Origin: Octopus sinensis
Taxonomy: Eukaryota
Direction: 5' to 3'
DNA: 64,000 bases
Assembly (NCBI RefSeq): GCF_006345805.1
Contig: NC_043001.1
Location: 40,424,001-40,488,000, forward strand
Part shown: positions 50,466 to 60,489 of the stretch, piece after piece
How positions within the stretch are numbered: the stretch's first letter is position 1
How the letters are laid out: each line of letters opens with the position of its first letter
The notes under the pieces: generated by a model
What the model was told of the DNA's origin: nothing
Seen by the model: only the letters and a program-made list of their open reading frames with translations
Database searches by the model: none
Translations under genes and position numbers: made by a program

Positions 50466-51015
50466 GTAATGGAGAAGGGATATTTGTTTCATATTCTCTC
50501 GCTTTAGGATTAGAAAGTGAAAGCAGAAGTCGTCAATCTTTATAAAAGAGAACTATCGCACTAAGCACTAGATATCAGACGCTGTCTCCAACACATCTGC
50601 AAGAATTTTGTTGGTGCAGAAGCCATGAAAGTAACGCGGCCCTCATGCAAAGTTATAATTTTATTAGTAACGGTATCATGTTACAAGAGGGCCCCGGAGG
50701 AAAATGTAAGGCTTTCATTATCAATCACGTAGAAATATGTTCTAAAAATATTTTTACTATTAAATAAAAATTGAAGGCAATCGAACGTCACTTCAAGATA
50801 ACTTGAGTCGGTGCAGTCTTCAGAAACCTCGTGGGTACAGAAAAATTGATAGAAGGCGCACGCTAGAGTTATAACATACTTAAATCCAAATGAATTCTCT
50901 AGAATTTTCATTACTAGTACATTGAATAAAATAGCGGTTTTAAGTTGTTCAATTACATTTTTCGATAACAAAGGAACGTTAAAATATATTTATATATAAA
51001 AAAAATAATACCAAC

Positions 51016-51063
51016 TTTTTTCTTTATTTTCTTTTTTGAATCTTCATTAACCTTCGCTGTCAT
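51016..51063 (-). CDS. DDX21: Paralogous first coding exon, copy C (putative distal alternative exon 1 of the helicase)
   Basis: ATG at 51063. Reads MTAKVNEDSKKKIKKK|gttggt, 48 nt, phase 0. Identity by hand count is 36/48 nt to A and 38/48 to B. Confidence 0.6.
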
Positions 51064-51242
51064 ACTTTTTTGATAATCCTCAATTTTTTTTTTTTTGTTT
51101 CGTTTTTCTCCGTTGATAAGCTGAATTTATATATTTCAAAGAAGACAAATTGGTATGCTGAGGTTTTAAAAGAAACAAAACACTCAGCTAACAAATATAT
51201 TGCTATATTTTAGCAAATTTTCTTCGGACACCAAGTTCGGAA

Positions 51243-51295
51243 CAGCACGTGTAAGAAGTTAACTATTCCGGAAATGCAGATACGTCATATCCGCT
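51243..51295 (-). promoter_or_regulatory. Promoter cassette C
   Basis: CACGTG 51246-51251, CCGGAAAT 51268-51275, ACGTCA 51282-51287 followed by ATCCG. Confidence 0.6.
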
Positions 51296-52739
51296 TCTCT
51301 CTCTATCGTTCTGCGTGATGAGTGTGAAAAAAAAAAATTCTTTTGTTTCGTTATATTTATTCTCTTAAGTTATTAAGTTTCTCTCTTAGAAACGAGGTTA
51401 CTGGTTTTATGGGAAACGAAAAATAGGATTTTGTGCGGAGTGATTTTGCCATAAGCATCTGCAATCTAAGAATCCCATTCTAAAATATACCTTAAGTTTG
51501 TATAATGTGTTTAGTTTAGGTTATCCCGGACAGGCAGACTTATGGGTAAAAGCGGTTCACCTTGTCTTTTAGATGTAATATATCTCAAGAAAGACTACGT
51601 CGTTTTGTTTGTTTATTTGAAGGAAATTTGGCTGCTGTATCCATTTTGCTTACTCTACAATTTCTTTCGTATATACAAAAAAAAAACAGATATCTTCGGG
51701 ATCATCTTTAGATCTAGGTCGTTCCACCATGAGGATTTTGTTTTAATTAGTGATATCCATGATGACGTTATCTGATGTGTCTTACCTTCTTTTTAAGATC
51801 TTAGGGTATGATTTAGAGGTTTGGCTGCTTTTCATGGGGGCTCCCTTGTAGTTTGTTGGAATAAATAAATATACCGAGTTGCTTATATTGACTCATATCC
51901 TAACGCATTTAATTTCACTGGGATATTGTGTCCATGTGAGCTTGTCAACAATTTGGGATGAAATCGAACTGATAGGTTTCAAATGCAGGTCATCCTTTCT
52001 ACATTATGAGGGAATTTCTTGTATTTGTTGGCTCTTCCTGCATTTTAGCAGTTCGCCTAAATGTGTAATTTTCTATTGTTTTGATATCCTCTTTGTTAGC
52101 GCACTGCTGATTGCATAATTTTGGATTCAAGCTGTTTTTCAGCTCATACCAAAGTATGTGAAAAAGGTTTGTTATTGATTTAGACAAGGTTTGCATTTTA
52201 ACATAACCATTTGTGTACAGTGGAAGTCAAAATGTTTCTAGGTATGTGATATGTGCCAGAACAATGGATGAATCTCTAATAGCAAAGATTTGGAGATGAG
52301 CCTTCATAAAGCTTGTGCTGAGTAAAACTGGTGTAGAATTTAAAACAGATTGAATATACAAATGAAATTTCAGTCACAAATGTGCTAGGTGCAGCACATA
52401 TGGGTATATTTGTAAGGTGTATTCAAGAAACGTAGACTTTGTTCATCAGGATGGAAAGGACTTTGGTCACCATATCACATCAAAGCTGCACTAAAGAAAT
52501 GTTGCAACAGCAGATATTTGTTTGGCAATCATCATCATTTTATGTCTGTTTATCATGCTGGCATGAGATGGATAGATTGTCATAGTCCAAGGTACCTTCC
52601 ACTGGGAGCTACAATTCCCAAAGACAAGTTGCTTATATGTGTCATGTGGCTAATTCTTCGAACAGGAGGAGTCAAAGAACTTAGCCCTAATGAACCTCTA
52701 AGTAAATTCTTTGCTGAACTTACTGCTGACTCTCACTAC

Positions 52740-53520
52740 AAATTAGACTCCTGTATATGGCTTGTACACCATTCACAAATCATTCATTTACACCTAGTTT
52801 TCTTAGTGACCACCAAGTTACAGAGCATAACATACTGCCAAAGGCCTTCTCTAAGTTAGCCAATACTAGGTATTGCAGATTATTCTTAGCTAAATACTTC
52901 TCTCTCAGTTGTCTAACAAGCAAGATGGTATCAGTGTTACCTCTTCCAGGCATACACCTGATCTGTATCTCATGTTGGCTAATTCTGTTCTTAACCAATT
53001 ATGCTATAACTCTTTCTGCAACCTTCATAATCTTGTTTAATACTTTGGTGCTTCTGCTATTGTTGCTCTCTTGTGCATCTCCTTTGCCCTTGCAGTAGTT
53101 TACAATGATACTGCTACATCAGTAACTGGGTATGATACTGTCCTCTATTGAAGCGACTAGCATGTGCTCTACTTCTCCAGATATTTAAAGCATTTCAGAT
53201 ACTATTCCCATTAGACCAGCTGCTTAACCTACCTTCATATTCTTGAATGCTCTCTCACTCTCTACCATATTCTTATCGACTTAAATGACTGGTTTGTCTG
53301 TTGAGTCAACATGTAGTTGAGCTTCTTTTCCCCATGCATTTTCTTCATTCAACAACCTCTTGTAATAGCATTTCCATGTCTCTTTCTTTTCATCAACAAT
53401 AAAGAAGTATGTTTCTATCATTCAAGATACATTTCTTCCAAATTGCATCTTGCTTCTTGCCATTATACTAGCTTGTATAAATATTTATTATTCCTAGTTG
53501 GCAGTCAAGCCAACTTTTTC
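52740..53520 (-). mobile_element. RTE-type LINE reverse transcriptase fragment
   Basis: Remnants SIIVNYCKGKGDA, IMKVAERVIA and MPGRGNTDTILLVRQLREKYLAK...LEKAF...WWSLRKLGV. Confidence 0.8.
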
Positions 53521-55383
53521 AAATGATCCGACATACATCATTCTGATAAACTATTTTGTTATTGATACACACCACTAATATCTTTTCTATTGCATTTTGA
53601 TAAATGATACAATTTTTGCCATACAGCATTATATTTATCTCAATAAACCAATAGCCATGTTAATTCAATCCTGAAAATTATCAAATTTTATTTGGTGGTA
53701 AGCACTTTTCCAAAAAAATTCCATATGATAAATGAAGACCAGATTCATTATTTAGAGTTAGGTATGAATCTAATTAAATCATGCCTACTTTGTAATGGCA
53801 GCATATGCAGAAATATCTGTTTGATTTACATTCAAGAATGATAAATAACACCAATTTGCTACACCTTAGTCAGTTTTTTCTGAGACCTCAGTTATTTACG
53901 GATAAATATAATCTGGTTATGGGTAAACATGAATTGGATTTATAAGACTTAAAGTATGATGGATGTAGATTTTCTATATAATTTAATACTGTACATATAA
54001 GATTTAAGTATATCTATTAATTACATCAGACACACATTGTTGATTAATTTTATTATCAACATTCTGTACAGCACTTCTAACAAGACCATGACTCTTAGCA
54101 TAATCTGTTACCACCTTGGGTATAACTAAAAACTAATGTGAAGCATGTGAGCACAAGACATATAGTGAAATCACAGGAAAGCTGACAAAGAAGGTTGTCT
54201 TTGTATATCACAGATGCACAGGAGTGTTTGTTATTAGGTGTAACCATGAAATAAAATCTTTTGAATGCTCCTAAGATTGCCTAATAGCTGCTCTTGCCTG
54301 TGTGATCTAATTTGTAGGTGAATGCTCAGAGGGACTAGTAACCAGATTAGGAATGAAATAGACATGTGATGTATATGGAGAATGACAAATGGGTAAAGAA
54401 ATGTCAAGTGATCCAAAGAGTATGAATCTGCGGGGAAACAAAGACAAAGGGAGACATGGGAAAAAACTAATATTATCTCAAATAGGCTGAATGTAACGAA
54501 AGACTAAACAAAGGATTGCAACAGATGAGGAAATGCCATGATAGAAAGACCTACCCAAAACAAAGTAAATTTTTGGGGAAAAAATGTAAAATGATGATGA
54601 TTAAAGGACTGAGATGATTGGCAATTTGCTGTAATTGAGAAGACTTGTCCAGCTAAGTAAAACTGAGGCCATAAAGGCATATCATTTATGTCCATGCCTC
54701 TGCACACAATCTGTCCCTGACAAACCTCTTCCTAAAACTTCACTTGTCCCCCCACCTGAGTCCACCATTTGCTGTATTTCCCCCGTTTCTATCTTCCACT
54801 CTCCCTTCACACCCTTGCAAACCAGCCTGCACATAATGTATTCCTGTTAAATTTCTTCTCCACAACAAATACTCTTAACACCCGCTCCCTCTATTTGTGT
54901 TCACTCACTGCATTCTCTCTCCTCCAACTCTCAGCCTCCTTTTGCAATCTTACAAAAGTACCTACCCACTCTATTCAATTCTTAAACCCACTTCAATTAC
55001 ATACATCTCGCTGCTTCTTCAGTGTGCACCTTACCATCACATTTTTCTCCTCTTCTCTCTTTCTCTCTCTCCAACTAAAGTAACCATGTATTTCCTTTAC
55101 TACAAAACACTTCTTTCTGTCCTTCTGTCATACTCTAACTTCTCATCAATAATATTCCCCACCTCAATTGAGGGGATCCTGTCTTGTAAATTAGTTGGTA
55201 ACCTCACCAATACTACTGCCACAAAAGTGGTTGACATCAGGAAGGGCATCAAACCATAGAAACCATGCTAAAACCAACAGTCATGCTTGACTCAATTTCC
55301 TGACTTATCAGCTCCTGTCAAACCATCCAACCCATACCAGCAGGGAAAAATGGACATTAAATGATGATGATTGTGATATACAA

Positions 55384-55384
<1 letters not shown>

Positions 55385-55425
<41 letters not shown>
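55385..55425. repeat. (TA)n microsatellite
   Basis: Uninterrupted TA run. Confidence 0.95.
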
Positions 55426-55429
<4 letters not shown>

Positions 55430-55435
55430 TGTTGC

Positions 55436-55631
55436 GTCTGGGGAGAGTCATTTTCTTTTTGTGCCTTATAATTTAACACACTCACCAGTAAAATTTCAGT
55501 AGTCAAGACTATTGAAAAGTCTGCAAGATGCAACGAAAATTTTAGGAAAATAAAAATAAGAAATAAATGGAAATTTTACCGGTGAGTGTGTTAAATTATA
55601 AGGCACAAAAAGAAAACGACTCTACCCAGAC
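55436..55631. mobile_element. Fold-back/MITE-like element with 62-bp inverted arms
   Basis: 55436-55497 is near reverse-complementary to 55570-55631, with a 72-bp spacer. Confidence 0.8.
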
Positions 55632-55697
55632 ACATCAGAATATGCTTCAACACACGAACTCATATAAAGAATCTTGCAAACCAAATCCAAAAACAAA

Positions 55698-55728
<31 letters not shown>

Positions 55729-55755
55729 TATACATATATACATATACACGTTAGA

Positions 55756-55987
55756 GATTTTTATCCGTTATTTTTGAGGTTTATAGAACCTAGATGTTCT
55801 CTCTAATGTGTTGAATCTCACGCTAAGTGGATTCCTTATGTGTATAAATATGCACTATATCGTATAACTAATATATAGTCTTCTTGACTAATTTTTTTGC
55901 ACGTTAGACCACTGGAAATGTAAATTTTGATTAAATATTTTAAATTTAATTAAATTCCATTTCCCTTTGATATGATTAAACATTATA
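55756..55987. repeat. 232-bp direct repeat, copy 1
   Basis: About 4 substitutions versus 56570-56801. Confidence 0.9.
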
Positions 55988-56221
55988 ACTTTTTGGATAA
56001 TTTTCGGTTAAAGTTGGCAGTTTTTTATTGTAGCCAACGATAGGACAGCGATTGCGCAGAAAAATTTGAAAAGTCAGTTCATATAAACACGAGACAAGTA
56101 GCGGTGCTTGTCTTCTGTCTCTTATATGTTTAACCCTAGGTTGGACCTCGCTGAAGAAGATCAGACCTTGCGAGTTCCCCCGACTTGCTAAAAGAAGATC
56201 AGAAACCAATTTGGTCCAGGG

Positions 56222-56562
56222 TACTAGATGGTAAATGTTTTTCGGTGGCACGTAAAAAGCACCATCCAAATCATGGCCGAAGCCAGTGCCACCTTGACAG
56301 GCTTCCGTGCAGGTGGCACGTAAAATACACCAATCCAACCGTGGCCGATGCCAGCCTCACCTGGCACCAGTGCAGGTGGCATGTAAAAAGCACCCACTAC
56401 ACTCACGGAGTGGTTGGCGTTAGGAAGAGCATCCAGCTGTAGAAACATTGCCAGATAAAACCGGAGCCTGGTGCAGCCTTCTGGCTTCCCAGATCCCCGG
56501 TCGAACCGTCCAACCCATGCTAGCATGGAGAACGGACGTTAAACGATGATGATGATGATGAT
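56222..56562 (+). mobile_element. RTE-LINE 3' UTR/tail copy
   Basis: Three ggtggcacgtaaaa modules and a (GAT)n tail. Confidence 0.8.
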
Positions 56563-56569
56563 TCCTGTC

Positions 56570-56801
56570 GATTTTTATCCGTTATTTTTGTGGTTTATAG
56601 AACCTAGATGTTCTCTCTAATGTGTTGAATCTCACACTAAGTGGATTCCTTATGTATATAAATATGCACTATATCGTATAACTAATATATAGTCTTCTTG
56701 ACTAATTTTTTTGCACGTTAGACCACTGGAAATGTAAATTTTGATTGAATATTTTAAATTTAATTAAATTCCATTTCCCTTTGATATGATTAAACATTAT
56801 A
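56570..56801. repeat. 232-bp direct repeat, copy 2
   Basis: See 55756-55987. Confidence 0.9.
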
Positions 56802-56810
56802 TATACATAT

Positions 56811-57447
56811 CATCATCATCATCATTTAGCATCCGCTTTCCATGCTAGTATGGGTTGGACGGTTCAACTGGGGTCTGTGAAGCCGGAAGGCCGCATCAGG
56901 CCCAGTCTGATCTGGCAGTGTTTCTACGGCTGGATGCCCTTCCTAACGCCAACCACTCCGTGAGTGTAGTGGGTGCTTTTTACGTGCCACCCGCACAGGT
57001 GCCAGACGGAGCTGGCAAACGGCCACAAACGGATGGTACTTTTACGTGCCACCGGCACAGGGGCCAGGCGAGGCTGGCAACGGACATGAGCGGATGGTGC
57101 TTTTACGTGCCACCGGCACGGGGGCCAGGCGAGGCTGGCAACGGACACGAACGGATGGTGCTTTTACGTGCCACCGGCACGGAGGCCAGACGGGGCGGCG
57201 CCAGCAACGGCCACGATCGGATGGTTCGCTTAACTGATGTTGATCGACCTCAATTTTGGTTCTGCTTTCTGATATCTGATTTGATTTGGTTTGATTTTGA
57301 TTTTGACTGTTCTCACTGGTCTTGCCGGGTCTTCTCACACACAGCATACTTCCATAGGTCTCGGTCTCTCATCATTTCCTTGGTGAGACATAAAGTTCGA
57401 AGGTCGTGCCTCACCACCTCGTCCCAGGTTTTCCTGGGTCTACCTCT
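56811..57447 (-). mobile_element. RTE-LINE 3' fragment (ORF2 end, UTR with four about 61-bp modules, tail)
   Basis: Reads CGRGRPRKTWDEVVRHDLRTLCLTKEMMRDRDLWKYAVCEKTRQDQ*. The 5' end is truncated at a (TA)n run. Confidence 0.85.
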
Positions 57448-57456
57448 TCCACAGGT

Positions 57457-57516
<60 letters not shown>

Positions 57517-57519
57517 TAT

Positions 57520-57909
57520 ACAAATATTTTATAATTATAAACATAATTATAATCAGGAGTCAGCTAATTGCTTCACCACATACCAAATTTAGAATTTAGT
57601 GCTAGAGTTAAATATGCACATGATCGTGTGCATATTTAACCCTAGCAATTTCAAATTTTATTATTGGAAATGCTACACTGAAGAGAAAAGTAATTTAAAA
57701 TACTTTAATCTTTAAACACGCCTGTGGCTAATTGGACTCGTGTTGACTCATTGTTTTTCTCTTTGCCTATGTAAAAAATGTTTTACTGTAGTTGAGATTC
57801 TTACAGAAGTAGAAAAGGAATTTTTAACTTCTATTTCTAAATTTGGTATGTGGTGAAGCAATTAGCTGAGCCCTAATTATAATTATGTTTATAATCATAG
57901 AATATTTGT
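57520..57909. mobile_element. MITE-like element with about 75-bp TIRs and an internal 20-bp hairpin
   Basis: 57520-57594 mirrors 57835-57909. Hairpin at 57601-57646 with 19/20 pairs. Confidence 0.75.
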
Positions 57910-58341
57910 ATAATTTTACCTATAAAAGTTATTCTAACATACTGATCTACTTCGGAAAATTATTAACTAATTGATTGATTAATTAGTTAATTTTACCCTT
58001 TTATTATTAATTTGAAATTATACATACATATATATATATAAGTAAATAAATGGAGTTGAACGCAGGCGTTATTCAAATTCTTTTACTTTTGACATATGTT
58101 TTGAAGACAACATTGGTTTTATTCCAAAGGAATAAACGGTGTAAAATAATGTAATCTTCTCATCAGGAAAGAAAGAGAACCTATCTCAACAACAAGACAT
58201 TATAACAATTTTGATGACTGCTTATTGAATTTTCCATGTAAACTGTAAACAAAGGTTAATTCATTCATCCATTTACATATATATATAGATAAAACTTGCT
58301 TGGAAAAGGATGCATGGCGTTCGATCATATAATAATATAAA

Positions 58342-58719
58342 TCTATATATATAAAACTGAAGTTGTCTGTGTGTGGCAGGTTTGGTAGCCTTCAACTAAC
58401 ACTATTTTCCCCGAGACCCTGCGGTACAAGTTGACCAAAATTGAGAGTATGATAGAAGAAGGCTTGCTCTTCATTCCATAGAAGATAAAATTCAAATCGG
58501 ATATGTTAAGACCAAAAATTACTTACATCAAAAAGGTGCTTTTTTTCTATGAAAATCCCTATTTTTACGATGTTTTTACTGTTGTGTCGCCATTTTTCAA
58601 CCAGAAAAATGTTCACTTAAAGAGAATAACAAGCTACATAATGCAAAATTTTTAATTTTCAAAAATTCCAATTCTAAAGGGTCGAAACAAACCCGAGCAA
58701 CGCTGGGCGATACTGCTAG
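58342..58719 (+). mobile_element. Non-autonomous Helitron-like element
   Basis: A|TCTATATATATAAAA...CCCGAGCAACGCTGGG-CGATACTGCTAG|T. Confidence 0.7.
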
Positions 58720-59444
58720 TAATATATAAATATATGCATATATACATACATATTTGTACATACCTACATCTATATGTATATATACATGCATATATGGGTA
58801 CAGGACATCAGAAAAACGTTGAACACAATGAGAAACGAAAACATAAATACAAAAACAGAGAAACAAATTTTTTTCAAACAACAAAAAAAAACAGAGTACA
58901 AGACATACAACACAAGAAATATTCCCCTTCTTCAGCTGTCCCTGTTTCGTCTACTCTGCATTTCAAAGGTAAGGACAAGATACGACTTCGTTGAAATAGT
59001 CCTTCCCGCAAAGCAAATTAAATAAAATTTGGGATTTTTTGTGGAGGGTGAAAGTGGTAACAAGAACAGGACAGTAAGTACAAAACAAAACAGTAAAAAC
59101 AATACAAGTAAAAACAGTAAAAGACAGGACAAAGAGAATAACACAGTAAAAACAAACAATGAGGGCTGTTAAGCCAAGACGATGGAAAAATTATTCTGAA
59201 CACATTAAGGAGACAGCTTATGAGAGGGACAGGATAAGCCATCTTGTCTTGGTGAAGATGGCTTCCCTCTGGTCACGTGTCAGTGACGAGAGAGTCGAGG
59301 AGGAGGAGTAAGAGAGAGGGAACAGTGAAGCTCTCTCCCTCTCTTGTTCATCATCCTTTCTGGTTTTCTCTCCCACCCTTCCCTATTCTTCTCCTCTCTC
59401 CTTCACCGTTCCCTCCCTCTTACTCCTCCTTATTGGCACTTGTG

Positions 59445-59762
59445 TCAGTGGCATGTGAAAAAATATTCAAGTGAGATCATTGCCAGTGCTAATGGACTGC
59501 TTCCTGTGCAGGTGGCACATAAAAAACACCATTTGAACATGGCCGTTGCCAGTACTGCCTGACTGGCTCTCATGTAGATGGCATGTAAAAGCACCCACTA
59601 CACTCTCGAAGTGGTTGACATTAGGAAGGGCATCCAGCTGTAGAAACTCTGCCAGATCAGATTGGAGCTTGGTGCAGCCATCTGGTTCGCCAGTCCTCAG
59701 TCAAATCGTCCAACCCATGCCAGCATGGCAAGCAGATGTTAAATGACGACGACGATGATGAT
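59445..59762 (+). mobile_element. RTE-LINE 3' UTR/tail copy
   Basis: gtggcatgtgaaaa-type modules, aggaagggcatccagctgtagaaac, ccatgccagcatgg and a (GAC/GAT)n tail. Confidence 0.75.
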
Positions 59763-59821
59763 ATACACACAAAATCACATACATATACATATGTACACAT
59801 GCATACACACACACATACATG

Positions 59822-60486
59822 TGAGGTCTCATCAATAAGTATCTGGAGTATTGCTTATAGTAATAAAGCTAAAGCATGCAGAGTGACAATGTTTGGCATA
59901 TATTGACCTTGAACTCTGCTATGCATGTACACTAAGTTTTAACGTTCTAGCTCACTTCTACTGTTTACAGCAGAGCTTAGAAGGAAGGTGCATAGCGTAT
60001 GATCATCACATTGACCATGACAGAGAAAGTTATCATGACAATACCTGCTCAGGGGCCTACTCAAAATTGCAGAAAATGTATGAAGGGGAGTGTATGCAAG
60101 TGGTTCAGATGTTTTGAAGATGGCTGTAAAAATTGTGTTATATACAAACGTTCTGGGAGACCCACAGCTAGCAGAACTGAGAAAAACATTGTAAATGTGC
60201 ATGCAGCTGTGAGGGGAAATTGTTGAATTAACATCTGTGAGTTATCAGAAGATGTGCAGATTAGTTCAATCCATTATCACTGAAGATTTAGGTATGAGGC
60301 ACATGTCTGCCAAGTTTGTGCCAAAACTGCTTTCAGCTGAATAAAAAGACACTTGGGTTTCAGTTTCACAAGATCTTCTTGATTGTGTCAAGAACAATGA
60401 ACAACATTTTTAAAACTTTGTATAAGCCCCTGAGCAGGTATCACCAAGCTTTTGGCAAAATTTGATGCAGATTTGCTGCTCAACTT
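59822..60486 (+). mobile_element. Mariner 5' half with an inverted mariner fragment at its right end
   Basis: Reads KWFRCFEDG...RSGRP..SRTE.NI...TEDLGMRHMSAKFVPKLLS (HTH region of a mariner transposase). 60410-60486 is a reverse-complement piece of the same family. Confidence 0.8.
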
Positions 60487-60489
60487 ATG

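Noticed and set aside
41800-51000. A second helicase gene body between first-exon copies B and C
   Set aside because: No DEAD-box motifs were found. The exon-like stretch at 47118-47720 is a Gypsy pol relic.
58925-59010. Minus-strand GAAAC...CTGAAGA motifs in a repeat
   Set aside because: The order and spacing (8 nt) cannot form hammerhead stems I and III, and no GUH triplet is in place.
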